From NCBI RefSeq assembly GCF_009914755.1, contig NC_060930.1: a DNA stretch of 64,000 nucleotides; one strand, given 5' to 3'. The position numbers and the translations under genes are program-made. The stretch is from the human T2T-CHM13v2.0 reference genome, Homo sapiens. Of the stretch, positions 40,050-58,979 are shown one piece after another. The stretch's first letter is position 1; each line of letters opens with the position of its first letter. The notes under the pieces were generated by a model that did no database searches, was not told the DNA's origin, and saw only the letters and a program-made list of their open reading frames with translations.

Positions 40050-43000
40050 ATTCACTGGTCCCCCACTAACGTACAGCGGGTGTCAGTGCTGGTAGATATT
40101 GGCACAGATTGTAGCCTTGTGTATGAGAATCAGATAAGTTTCTGGGCAAGGCTGATACATTTATGTTTATGGAGGCTGGTTACTGAAAGTGAAACCTGTG
40201 TCTCTGTACCTCGGCATTGGCCACTTGGCTCCCTGTTTATATACTGTGTATGTCTCCCCCCTACCTGAATACATCCTGGGGGTGGACATTTTACATGGCC
40301 TGGCGTTACAAACTACGGCCAGGGAATTCAGACTCCTAGTGCATCTGGTGAAGCTGGTGCTGCAAGGACATAGGCATCACAAGCCTCAGGTCCTGTCACA
40401 ACCCCAACTGGTTACTTCCACCCATCAATACCATTTGCTGGGTGGGCATATGAAGATAACTGAGACAATTTAAAAGCTGGAGGAGGTGCAGATAGTGTGT
40501 GGCATCCACAGCTCCTACAATTCTCCAGTGTGGCCAGTTAGAAAGCTTGATGGAACTAGGCGGATGACGGTAAACTATCAGGAACTGAATAAAGTAACAC
40601 CCGCTTTGAGTGCAGCTGTACCGTCAATCATGGATTTGATGGACTGCTTGACAATGGAACTGGGACAGTACCACTATGTGGTGGACTTGGTCAATGCATT
40701 TTTCTCCATCGACATTGCTCCAAGAGCCAGGAACAGTTTGCCTTCACGTGACAAGGGCAACAATGGACTTTTACAATGTGGCCGCAGCGCTATGTGCATA
40801 GCCCCACCATATGTCATGGTCTTGTTGTCATGGATTTAGCCACTTGGCAATGTGCAGAAGGGGTCCGCCTATTCCATTATATTGATGATATGTTAACCTC
40901 TGATTCTCTTGTAGATTTAGATGTGGCGGTGCCTCTCTTGCAGCAACATTTGGCAGCATGCAGTTGGGCCATCAATGAATCCAAGGTCCAAGGGTCTGGA
41001 TTATCTGCCAAATTATTGGAAGTTTCCTGTCTAGGTAAGATGATGGCCATACCAGAGGCTATTATTGACAAAATTCAGGCATAGCCCTGGCCCACCACGG
41101 TGAAGCAGCTACAAACTTTTGTGGGCTTCCTGGGATACTGGGGGGCATTTCTGCCCCATTTAGCTCAAATGACAAAACTGTTGCACGGTTAACAAAGAAG
41201 AGAGCTACCTGGAATTGGGATATGGCTGAGACCGCTTTCCTGGCAGCCAAGTGGGCTATTCAGCAGGCACAAGCCCTATGGGTAGTTGGCCAGGGGCACC
41301 TGTTTGAGCTGGATGTGCATGTGAGCACAGATGGTTTCAGCTGGGGCCTGTGGCAGCATACAGAGTGCCTGAGAACACTAGTAGGCTTTTGGTCTTAACT
41401 GTGGAAAGGAGCTGAGCTCCAACAGTCCTTGATAGAGAAACAGCTAGCAGCTGTATATGCAGCATTTCAGTCTTGTGAAAGTGTGACAGGATGGGCTACA
41501 GTCATCATGTGGATGGCTTACCCAATAGTGGGATGGATGTGTTCATGGATAATGCCCCCCTGGACTGGGATGGCACAGACATCTACTTTGGCAAAGTGGG
41601 GCACCTACTTGGAGCAGCAAAGTTTGCTGAGTACAAGACCCTTGGCAGCAGAATTGCAAGAGGTCTTGGGACCTATAGTCCTAATGCAAGAGAAGGCTAT
41701 AGGGCCTGGGGCACCCCTAGACCCCAAGCCATCACCGTTTAAGGAAGGGTACCCCCCATTCCTGATGGGGCATGGTACACAGATGGGTCTAGCCAAGGAT
41801 CTAATGCTGCCTGGACCGCTGTTGCAGTCCAACCTAGTACAGACACCATATGGTTTGAAACCAGGTGTGGGCAAAGTAGCCAATGGGCTGAACTTACAGC
41901 AGTATAGATGGTGATCACTAAGGAGCAGATATCTATGGTGATTTGTACCGATAGCTGGGCAGCCTACCGAGGCTTAACCTTGTGGTTAACTACTTGGAAA
42001 ATACAAAATTGGCTAGTCAGCCACTGACCTATGTCATGGAGCCAAGCGATGTGGCAAGACCTCTGGGAAATGGATCATCAGAAAGATGTAATTATTTATC
42101 ATGTGTCAGGCCATATGCCTTTGGCCACCTTTGGCAATGATGAGGCAGATGTCTTGGCCAAGGTCCAATGGTTAGTCGGCACCAACACAAGATGTGGCCT
42201 TCTGGCTACACCAGAAACTGGGACATGCCAGGGGCAAACTGATGTAACAGGGCAATAAGTGTTGGGGTCTGTCCCTGCCCATGCAAGGTATTTGGGAGGC
42301 TCATCAGAAATGCCCAGTATGTGCTTGGTCATACCCTAAATGGAGGCAGCTGCCCACTTTTACACAAGTGACAACAGGGCGAGTGATCTTGACCAGGTGG
42401 TAAGTAGACTACATCGGTCCGCTGCCAAAATTGCAAGGGTATACACATGTGCTAACAGCTGTGGACATGGCCACAAGCCTGTTGTACATCTACCCTTGCA
42501 GGGTGGCCAACCAACAGCACATCCTCCGGGTCCTGCAACACTTATGTGCCCTGTATGGTTGCCCTCTGGCCATAGAGAGTGATAGAGCACCCATTTCACT
42601 GGACAACAGGTACAACAATGTGCACAACAAATGGACATAAAGTGGGGATTCCATGTGCCATACAACCCACAAGCTGTGGGTATGATTGAGCAATATAAAG
42701 GGCTCTTGAAGAATGGGTTATGCTTGCATGTCACACCCGTCTTTGCAGTGCTGGAGTTCCAAGCTGGACCTGGTGGTTCAAACCTTGAATGAACGGCCAT
42801 GGAAAGACCGCCCAGCCCTGGTGGAGGCTTTATTACACTGGGCCACCACCCCTATTCAGTTGCAGATACACACTAAGGATGACCTCCTCCGACCAGGTAT
42901 GGGGACGAACGGTAACCTTTTGTTGCTTGCCCCAATGCCCCTGAAGGGAGGGGAACAGAAAACCTGGCTCTGGCCATGGACCCTCCAGGCTCCCCACTGC

Positions 43001-43360
43001 TGGTGGTTGGCCGTTGTAGCTCCCTGTGGGGAAGGCCTACAGTATGACTTGCATGTCACTCCTTGGGCGTTCAATACATGTCACCCTTGGTTGATTGTTC
43101 TTAGGGCAACAGCCAGGGAAGAAACGCTCCTCTGGGGGACATAAGTACTGTCTGTGTGGCCTATTATGAGCTTCCCCTTGACTTTGGCATAGATACCAGA
43201 CCCATAGGAACCATGGGGAGCTGAGAAGGTGTGGTACCATCGCCCAGGGCAGAAGCTCTTGGCAGCTGCATTGTTATCCATGGATGAAAAGTTAGCCTGT
43301 ATTTTGCCTGAGGGACGTGACTTACCTCTGTTAGTAGCTGTGCCTGCTCTGTCATTTTGG
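40050..43360 (+). pseudogene. Disrupted pro-pol (protease, RT, RNase H, integrase)
   Basis: Protease LVDIGTD, RT motifs YNSPVWPVRK, VDLVNAFFSI and YIDD (40878-40889), RNase H HVSGH...GNDEAD, and integrase LTAVD...IESD. Many stops and frameshifts. Boundaries are approximate. Confidence 0.88.
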
Positions 43361-43369
43361 CCATAGGTT

Positions 43370-44500
43370 AACATGCTCCAACTGCATTGTAAACTGCGCC
43401 CACACCTATGCTGAGGTGATCAATGTTTCCAACTTTCGGGTCTGCACTGCCCTTCCAGCAGCAGCTGCAGATGACTTGCCTTGGCATATACATTCAGTGT
43501 CTACAGAGAACTGGACATGGCTGGAGACTTGGGGTCCCGTGGTTGACATCTGGAATGCAACGCAGCAAGCTTTGGACAAAGGACGCTGCAAGATCCATGG
43601 TGCTCCCATCATGTGGCTGGCCCATAGCATTTATGATGGCTGGGGCTGGCTAGCGGGGGAACATGTAGTACCCCCAGCCCAGGTGTCGCAGAGCATAGAG
43701 CAACACTGGGGTAACACCACTGTGGGATAGGTACCCATCACAGCCTGTGTAAACATAACACATGTCACCATACTGAAGGTATGCTGGAACAAGCAGCCCC
43801 CAAGTTTGGGCCCCAAGGGACTTTGTGCCCCCTGGGAGTTTATGGGTCTGTGGGCACACAGGGTGGCCTTACCTACCAGTGAACTGGACGGAATGTTGGA
43901 ACTGGGGATGGCCTTATGTACCTGCCACTGTTCTCTCCACATTGCCCAGACACTGCATAACTGGAAGGCGCTACACTCTCATTTTTTGTGAGTGCGACGA
44001 GCTCCCCAGTGGTTCTACCCCTTGACAGTGACTATCCCTGCGGCGGGTGTCACAACTGTAGAAGCACAAGTTACTGCTCTTGCAGAGCACACCACTCGGG
44101 CTCTGAATTACACCCAAGTGGCCCTCCTCCTGTTAATGGATGAGGCTGGTCAGATGAGAAAGGTGGTATTGCAAAACTGAATGGCCTTAGACATAGTAAC
44201 CTGCTGCACAAGGAGGCACCTGTGCCCTTTTAGGAACACAATGTTGTACCTTTATCCCTGACAATTGGCAGAACATAACAGCAGCCCTGCAAGAGGTCTC
44301 ATGGGAGATTAAGGTGGTGGAGAGCCTTACTGACAACCCCCTGCAGAGATGGTGGGCATCTCTGGGCTGTGGCCTACGCTGGGCCCTTACAGTCCTAAGT
44401 AGCATAGCTGGGATCCTGGTAATGAGCTGTTGCTCTCTGTAGTGTTGTGGGTTATGGATTCAGGGCTCCACCCTATGGGCACGTATCCCTACCTGAAAGA
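43370..44500 (+). pseudogene. Disrupted env
   Basis: Furin-site relic *VRR|AP near 43990, immunosuppressive domain LQN*MALD at 44169, CX6CC motif and a hydrophobic TM segment. Confidence 0.85.
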
Positions 44501-44524
44501 CTCCTCTCAGCCTAGGGGATGGAG

Positions 44525-44863
44525 TGTAAGGGAAATGGCTGCATTTTAGTCAGGAGTAGGCTGAGGCAGCCTTCTGGCACAGCATGACTCAGTGGGTTTG
44601 GAACGCAGGCACACAACTCTACACATTATGTAACCATGCCACGTGAGGCACATTAGGTGACCATTCACATGAGCCTGTGCTTGGCTGGGATCCATTATTG
44701 TCTGTAAAAGGTTTAACTACCCTGCTGATGCTGTACATATGGCTCGCGCCTAGAGAGAGAATAACGCCATGTCAAAACTGCCTACGATTCCTCAAGTTTT
44801 TCCAGCTACCTGCCACCAGCCCACCAACTCCCTTTGGACCTCAGTTTGGGCTAGAATCTGACA
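44525..44863 (+). repeat. LTR18 (3' LTR, 339 bp)
   Basis: Follows the polypurine tract. TGTAAG...CTGACA, then the AACAG TSD. Confidence 0.92.
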
Positions 44864-46309
44864 AACAGTAACAAATAATTCTTTTTTCTTGAGTTCAAAC
44901 CATGAATAATTATTTACTCTGCATTGTAATTATAGGGTTGTCATTCAGAAGACAAAGTCTAGGCAAATGGCAGGTATCTTCTAAGGACTAACATTTTTAA
45001 GTAATAATGCTCATTTATAGACATTGCTGGTAGGCTCAGGAGCTGTTATTTTGTTGATCTTCATTTTGTTATTTTCTTATCATCAAATGTTTTATTTATA
45101 ACACTATTATATTTTTTTCTTTCTTTCTTTAAAAGATGTATTTCCTCAGGAAGGAAGGTTTAGGACTAATTGAAAACTCCCATTTCGTAGGTAGATGATG
45201 AACTGAGATAATGGTTAAGTGACTAGTTATAAAGTCTAACCCAGTAGAAGTTTCCAAAGTCTCTCTGTGAATTGTTTTGTTAGCTATTTATGAAAATTAT
45301 GGTAGACAAAACATTGAAAATAAAACTGCAGGGCCACAGAACACCTTCTGGTTATAAATACTTGAACTTTATCTGGGGTTATTTTGTGTGTATGTTTTCA
45401 TGCCAAGGGAAAAACTCCACAATCCTAATAGATGGAGTTGTTTTCCTACTAACCATATATCCAGTAATGGACTTTACCCTCTTTCTTCTTTTTGATACAG
45501 AGCAATTACACATACATATGTGTGTTGCTTCTGAAAAGATCATGCACCTTGCTTCCTGCAGATTGGGTATCCATGGATACCGCAAAGAGTTTCCAAAGAA
45601 ACACTGCCTAGAATTTTCACCATGCCAGCCTCGAAGGCCTTCAAATGGAAAGTGACATTTGAATTAAAGGGACAAGCATCATTGCTCCACACCAAAACAC
45701 TGGGCAGGTTTGCAGAAATCGTATTCTTTTTTGCACTATTCAATGTAAAGGCAGACAGGGTGGATTATTTATCCTATAAAAGGGAAAAGAGAGGAAGAAA
45801 TCGGGTTGATATATTCCCTACCTGAGGCTCAATGACCCCAGTTCCTATTTATATTTCTCACCTGATGATACATGCTTTTACAATAAAGGTCTCAAGATTT
45901 ATAAGTCAGACAGGGAAAAATATACAAAGGAATACAAGTTGCATTTTTATATGCCCCGGTTTATATCTCTAAATGACAAAAAGTATTGGGAAGAGGGGCA
46001 GAGCCTATTAGTAGGATTACAAGCCTATGATTAGAAGTCTGAAGCAGTCTGCAGTGAAATTCAAAATCTGGCTCAAGAGAGTAAATCTGAATAAGGCAGC
46101 AATTTCATCTGGGGAGAGAATACATCACTAGTACATTTTCTTTTCTGGATTCTTATCACTAAATCAGCTGAAGAATCTGTTCTTAAAAGCAATCATAATG
46201 AAATTTTCTATTATTCAATGAATCTAGCCTTCGGGGATATCGGTAATTAAGTCAGAATAAGATGATTTTAAATCTCCAATAAATATTCCAATATTTTAGG
46301 TGTTTAATA

Positions 46310-46319
46310 TTTATTTATT
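46310..46319 (-). terminator. Overlapping AATAAA poly(A) signals of HDDC2
   Basis: TTTATTTATT on the plus strand, ~240 nt past the HDDC2 stop codon. Confidence 0.7.
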
Positions 46320-46556
46320 TAGTTCATAAACAGGCACTGCCACCTCCAGTGTTCATCCATGGCACTTTCATGACCGCTTCCTGTTCTGTGGCTTCTTTTA
46401 GTGCCCAAGTTGTATCACATTTCTTGCTGAAGTTCAGACAATTGAAAACAAACAGACTCACATCTAGGGAAATCAACAGACCAACAATGGCAAAACACAA
46501 TACAATGAAATGGAAAATAATGTTTGTTACAGGAGTGCAGCAATTTAGAGAGTGTC

Positions 46557-46654
46557 TCAGGAGTGTGGCTCACTGGCAGCTGCAGCTATGTTAGTGCTTC
46601 TTTCTGCCTCAAGTTCAGAAACAAGCTGGACTATCTCAGGGTGATTGAATTTTC
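46557..46654 (-). CDS. HDDC2: HD domain-containing 2 (5'-deoxynucleotidase), terminal coding exon
   Basis: ttgCAG acceptor. Encodes (G)KFNHPEIVQLVSELEAERSTNIAAAASEPHS*, with TGA at 46557-46559. Confidence 0.96.
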
Positions 46655-47510
46655 CTGCAAAGCAAAAGAACAGGGAAAAATACATTCCCATATTGACAAG
46701 AGTATATTCATTTCCCCAGCTTGATCCCAGGGTTCACTGGGGGCTCTAGTCTACGATCTGACCCACACTTCATTCCAAAGCAGAAAGAGATTCCAGGTCC
46801 TGGGAAGGGGCCGAAGGGGACCACTTGGCATTTACGCTCTGTCACCCCAGGTGCAACTGAGAATAAGGATGAGACTCAGGCAAGGAATCATCAATTAGGC
46901 AGAGGTAGGGGAAACTTCACCAGGCTCCTCAGTGCCTCTACCAGGAACTATGGGAAAACTCAGGTGTGAGAGCCCAGAAAGCTGAAGACAATCTCTGCCC
47001 ATTCCAAACCTGCAATTAAGTAAGGAGAATGAAGCACCTATATATGAAAAGACAAGGAGGAAGATCAGAGGGGCTAGGCTGGCTCATGAGGTAAACAAGG
47101 ATGCAGGTGTCTCTCTTGTAAACACCTCTACACTTCAATTGGCTGATCTGTGCTGTCATCCCTGCTCCTCAGACCTCCCCAGATTTCTGCTTTGGTAGCA
47201 ACCAAGCTCTAAGCTATTGTATGTCCATGACGGCTAGCATGGGGGACTGTTCAACCCAACATCTCTTCTCTCACCGTCTTTTCTTGCCTGTGTCTGTTGT
47301 TGCTTACTGTTCATTCCACATTAAACTCTATTCCATTTATTTCCTATCCTCAGCCTCTTACCCGAATGTTTCCTTCCCTTTCTTTTTAGATGCTCCACAT
47401 GAAAGGGTCAGATGAAGGTACCAACAGTGGGTTTCCCTAATATTAACATTAGTCACTACACCAAGTAAGCCAAACTAAAATGGACTCTTGTTGAAAATGG
47501 TGTTGAGTAC

Positions 47511-47649
47511 CTGCTGTGGAATCATAGAAGTCTTGCAGTCTCCCAGGTTTGTGTTCAAGGTCTTCATATTCAGATGCTTGAAGAATCATTTCACATTGGT
47601 CTAGCTGCTTCACAAATTTGGCTTCTGCACTAGATTGGGTCTCGTACTC
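47511..47649 (-). CDS. HDDC2: HDDC2 penultimate coding exon (139 nt)
   Basis: cttAG acceptor and G|GTACT donor. Encodes EYETQSSAEAKFVKQLDQCEMILQASEYEDLEHKPGRLQDFYDSTA. Its phase matches the last exon. Confidence 0.96.
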
Positions 47650-50343
47650 CTAAGTAAAGGGACAATTAAAGCAGCATGATTAGCGCTGCATAATAGGGTA
47701 TCCTGGGAAAATTCTGACTCTGGTACCCGAAATCAGAGTGACAGCTACAAGTACATTCTGTATCGGCCCCATTTCTCTACTGTTTAGAAATCCATCAGAG
47801 ACACTTCTGTAATTTCACAGCCTAACACCAGGACTCTATACAAGAAAGATGTGCTCTCCATTCTAAGTATTCTACCAGAAGCCATGGAAATCTTGTATGT
47901 TCATCTTAGGTACTTTCAAGATCTTTTCTTCCTGTTTAATACCGTGTCTTCATTTTAAGACCATTGTTCTTTAATCTACCTAAGTAGTTTAGATATTTTT
48001 AACATCAAGCTGATATTTCGTCTTATGCCTCTCAAACCTGTATTTCCCTCTCCATTTCATGTCAGGTTTCCTTGTCATTTCTAAGTGTATTTCTAGCTTT
48101 ATCATTTACTTTTGGTTACCACTTTACCTGGGAATCTCTGTGCTTACTTTCCACATAGGGTAGATTTAATTAAGTCCCTCTGAGTTAAGACTATTGAGGA
48201 TAGAGCCAAGATCTGAGGATTTTACATGCACCGGTATGTGCATGTGTTGCAGGTGGGAGGTGGTGAATGTGGTGGGGGGAGCAGTTTTTTTACCTTTCCC
48301 TTCCCACTGGTCCCTCCCTCTGCAGTGCAGACTTGGAACAAGAAGCTCCAGGAGGTCTGCTTCTTATAGAATGATGCATGCCACCCAACCACAAGTCCCA
48401 ATTAATACTATATAGATTCATTCTCCTATTAAGAACAAAGTGCTCCCAACTGGTTTCCCTGCCAAGTTCTTGTTTGTAATTCTACCCCAGATGTGTTCAG
48501 ATAACAAACCTGTCATGGTTTCTTGGCAGGGTGATGTGATATGAATCAATTAAAGGTTTCTTAGTTTTTATTACACGCTTATTCTTATAAAGGCAGCTAC
48601 TTGGATTTGATAAAGCTGAGAACTGTATGGGGGAATCATTTAAATATGGAACCAAATACACTTTGCTTTATCTCAAAGGCACTTAAAAATAATTTCATTT
48701 TATTTGTTTATTCACATTCACAGTTATATATTTATGTTTAATAAATTCAAGTTCATGATTTCACAAAAGGAAATGGAATACTCCAAGCATAGCAGTCTAG
48801 AAATTTTTTTTTCTGTTGAAAGTGAGAAAAATATTTAAAGACCATTAGGAAATACAATACATCTTATTACAAGTTCTCATGAACTTACAGATTTCTTTTA
48901 AAAGAAATATAAATTATTGAAATTTTCCCTCAAAAATTAATGATATAGGCATTCTTCAATAAAAAGGCAAAGCACACAAAATAATACTACAGACAGAACT
49001 CTAGGGGTGAGAAGAATGCATGGCATTTGGAGAAATTATTGCAAGTAGCTTTTAATGTCAGGAAGAGTTAGGTTCAGATTTGCATTTCAGAAAGGTCACT
49101 CTAACTACAGGTGGATAATATCTGGATTGGAAGCAGAGAAATCAGATTCTAAGACTTTGTAGCACTAGCAGAGACGTTATAGGAATCTGGTCTAAGACAG
49201 TAGCAGTGAAAATGGAAAGAAGTGGTAGGATTTAAGAAATATTAAGGATAAAGAAGTGAACTAAAATATAAAAGTAAATGAGAAGGAAAAGTGAAAATGA
49301 CTGCCTAGTTTCTGGTTTGAGTAACTAGGTTTATGATAAAATAGTGAGCAAAAGAGAAGAAACAGACAAAACCTGACACAGCAAAGAAACAGCAAAACCC
49401 AAACAAAAACTGGGAGACATGACATTCCCATCAAGTCCAAATATGTGCAAGTAGAGACAAACCACCTCCAGCCATAAGCCCTGCATGCCATCAGCATGGG
49501 AGTAAGAGAGGATTAATGTCTGATGGACCTGAGAATAGGAGAATCTCAAAAGGGCCAACAGGTATTCTCTAGAAATCTCACATTTTAAGAACAGTAGTTG
49601 ACACTGGGAGGGATCTTGCCCACTCCAATAGTGGATGAGCACAAGGAGCTTACATCAAAGACAGCCCAGCCCTAGTGAATTTTCCAATCTGACCTGCTGG
49701 GGCTGCTTTCCAGGAGAGGGCCCACATGAGGAGAAACTGCTGGGAAGAAAATCAAAATTGAGTGGGATACAGATAACACAGATGAAGAAAAGACCCAGAT
49801 AAAAATGGGGAAGGGGAACGAAACCAGGAGGACATCTCTAAAAGAAAGCCACCATATTTTTTTAATGCTACATTTAAAAAAAACACAACAACAACAACAA
49901 CAAAAGCAGAAGCAGCTCTGTGAAGTTAAAAATGCAACTTGTTCTCACCACAAAATATAGTATGTGAGGTAATGCACATGTTAATTAGCTTGCTTAGCCA
50001 TTCCACAACATTTATATATTTCAAAATACCATGTTGTGAGCCATAAACAATTTGTCAATTTAAAAATAAATAAATTAAAAATAACAAAGAAAAAGAGCAA
50101 TTTGAACCAAATTTCCTTTCCAAGTTCAGTAAAACTAATTGCCAATCAAAATAAGCAACAGAAAAGCACAAAGGTCAGATCCTATACAGCTATCCCATAA
50201 GATAAAAAGAATAAGAAGCAAAATAACATCTCACAGGCAATTTGTGTCAAAAAGACATATCAAAAAGATAATTACATTTTAAAAAGAGAACTCGAATCTA
50301 TATTTCAAAAAGAGATAAAAGACATTAAGAAAATGATACAAGA

Positions 50344-55733
<5,390 letters not shown>

Positions 55734-55750
55734 AAGAAAATGATATAAGA

Positions 55751-57915
55751 CATAGAAGAACAATATAAGAACAGTGAAATGTAAGATAAAAGGTTGTTTT
55801 AGAAACTAAGCAATAAGGAACGCAAGGGTACACAAGGAACACAAGGGTAATTAAATATGATAAATAATGCCTTAAGAGAAATAGAAATGGAAAGTTTAAA
55901 AGTTGAGCAGAAATGAAGATGATATAAAGAGTTTGAGATAAGGTGACAAATAGTGAAGACAGGCAAAGAAGAACCAACATACAGATACAGAAGAGTCCCA
56001 GAAAAAAGAATAGCAAAGCAAAAGGAAAACTATACCTCAAGAAAACCTTAAAATTAAATTAAAAAAAAAATTCAGAGTATATATTGAAAATTCATGCTAA
56101 ATACCTAAGGATATTAACCCAGAATAAGCAACATGAAGATACATTCTAATAAAATTACCAGACTTAAAAGAAAAAAAATCCTTTGGACACCCACGTAAAA
56201 AGAGTATCTGGCATTTAAGGAAAATAAAATTATGATCAGACTTCAACAGCTTCTCCACATTGTCAGAAGTTCAGTCAACTGGAGATACAGTTGGCTTAAC
56301 AAGTACCCTTTTAAAAATGTCTCTCCCCATCTGTCCCTCAAAGTACAGTTGGGGCTTGATGTAGAGCAATATAAGGATCCCGGGACCTTAAATCTTAAAT
56401 CTGTTCCATTTTGATATAAATAATCTGATTTAAGATATTCAAGAAAAGAAACTGGGAACAAGGATTTTACATGCAGTGAAACTGACTTTCAAGTATAAAG
56501 AACACAGAGAAACTATTAATAACATGCAAGAAGAAGGAATACTGTTCTGTGAGGCATTCATGAGGAATCTACTAGGCAACAAGTCTCAGAAAAACAAAAC
56601 TGTTGAGAAACTGACATAAGGACTGGTGATAAACATAACTATATGGTTACTTGTAGAAGTAAAACCAAATGCAGTTAAAAGGAAAAGGTCATAGTGTGAA
56701 ATGGTGAAATGTTTTAACAATGTAGATATAGTCCAACTATTCAAAAAAATACAATAACTCGGATAGTACAGGCAAAACCATTTTTAAAATTGTTTTCAGT
56801 AATCAGAATTAATGATGGTGGTAAATACAACTGTCATTCTGAGACTGCTTCATGTGTAAAGAGGGATAAAGCAAATGAGTATTTATAAAACTTTCTAATG
56901 CTAGCATCTTCTCTGTACTACGTAGCCAGGATTCCTGTTGTGGAAAAAAGGATACGCACCATAATAGAGAAGTGGTTAAGTAAAAACTCTGTAGTACTGA
57001 ATTTGAATTGAAAACATCAGTATGAACTCACAAGGTATTATATGTGCAATGACCATCCATAATGCTCATTATGTGGTCTTGGAATACCATTTTCTATTTT
57101 AAAATAAACAAACAAAAAACAAAACAGGAGGTCAGGGTGGAACATGTTCAAGATGAAGCTGGAACGCCCTGCCATTTCTGCTATCGAAGAAGCATATTTA
57201 CCCCCCTTTTCCTATGTGAACTGTAATCAGAGTAGATGAGAGTGAAGCACAAAATTATTTCAGCTAATAAATAAAAACAAAAATAAAATATTAGAATATT
57301 ACCATTCTGAAGCCCCAAAGTATTAAGGGATATAAGCGTGAAGAAAAACTAGTCATTATGTGGTGCATGACAAAAGAACCCAATATGCCCCCATAGTTTT
57401 GCCAAAAGGTTCCAACCTGAGTGTGATCTAGCCTGTGGAACTAGCTGCCAATCTGTATAAAATAAGAGAACAGAGGAACGTGACCTGCACCACAAGTGTG
57501 CAACTGGGAAACTATGGGAAACTCTATAGGTCAAATGGTCTGGATTCAACAGGTAAATTATAAGAAAAAGAAAGAAATGGAGGGGCAGACCGTAGATTAA
57601 AGGAGATTTAAAAGACATTAAGCTTTAAAAAAAGTGAGCATGATTAAACTAAAATATCTAGAAATGAATAGTTAAGTGATTAAACCTTAAAGACATTCTA
57701 GTGATGTCTGTGAAAATCAGGGTAGTGGTAACTTTTGTTGGGGGAGGGTGTTTCGATTGGGGCAAAGAGAAGGGCTTCTGGGGTGAATGAAAAAGTTCTA
57801 AATCTTTACCTGAGTTGTAGTTAGAAGAAAGTTATCTTTCTAATAACTCATTATGCTACTCTTGGCCTTTTGCATGGTTTTGAGTATTTTATTTCTCAAT
57901 AAAAGGCTTTAAAAA
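55751..57915 (+). mobile_element. Highly degraded mammalian-wide L1 (L1M) pieces
   Basis: A-rich ORF1-like text that also occurs upstream of the L1PA insertion, and an L1M-like 3' end with CAATAAAA near 57898. Boundaries and subfamily are uncertain. Confidence 0.5.
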
Positions 57916-58979
57916 TAATAAAAATGGCAGAAGAGAACTGGCACAGGCATGAGGCTGTTGAGTCGAGGTTCCTGTGGACAATTAGGTGTAACTGTTCAGG
58001 AGGCTGCTGGATTTACATGTCTGGGGCTTCGGAGGAAGGTTTTTCAGGAGAATGTATGGAGCAATCAGCACATGATCGCTGAAGCACAGGAGGGGTGTGG
58101 AGAGAAAAGAAGGCCGAGGACATGGCCCCGAGAGGAAGACACAGGTTCTGAAGATGTAGGTTGAAGGAGGGGAACATTTGAAAAAAGAAACAGCCAGAAA
58201 GGCTCAGAGAAAACCAGGAGAGGGCAATGTCACAACCGGAGGGATGAGGTTTTCAGCAGGAGAGTGGCAACACCTCATGCCGCCACAGTGTCAGGCAGCA
58301 CACAGGCAGAGCGGGGTTGCCGGATCCAGCCACACCCACACGAAGGCCGAAGGCCGGCTGTGACCTTAGCAAGAGCAGTGCCTGGTGGGCCTGTCAGTCA
58401 CAGCATGGTGGCTGTGAGGAAGTAGAGTTGGGGAGTGCAGCGAACTCCTCACCTGTTTAGTGCTGAAGAGAAGTAGGGAAATGTGGCATTCAGGGAAAAT
58501 TATTCTGAAATAGGGTTGGTGAACATATTTGCAAGGCTTCTAAAAAGCTGGAGAACTTCCTATCTGACAGTGTCTATGTTCTCAAAGAAGGAAGAGGCAA
58601 GAATACTTGCTATAAAATCAGGGGAGAAGTGACAAGATAGATGCTTGAAGAGAGGGCTGAACAGCTGATGTGGGGCACAGACAGGGGAGGGGGAGAAAGG
58701 GGCAGGGAGGTGACCCGAGGCCCACTGATGGGGTGCTGGCAGCCCTGAGGCTCTGCAGAGCCTGGTGGCCAGGGCGGCTGTGACCCCAGTCCCCACGGCA
58801 CAGAGTCTCTGAATCAGTGTTTCGCAGCCTTCTGGTAGGACAGGAGAGGACTCAGACTGGGGTTTCAAAGAGCAACAGAGGGACAAGGAGTCCAAGCAGG
58901 ATGGAGATTCAAATTCTAGGTCCTGAAAATGGAGGACTAAATAGGCAGAGGAAAGGAAAACAGGAAGATTAAACATTTC

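Larger units (their letters stand above)
37898..44863 (+). mobile_element. HERV-S / HERVL18 (LTR18) class III endogenous retrovirus, defective, three-LTR arrangement
   Basis: TG...CA LTRs, tRNA-Ser primer binding site, and gag-pro-pol-env relics. 5-bp TSD AACAG at 37893-37897 and 44864-44868. Confidence 0.92.
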
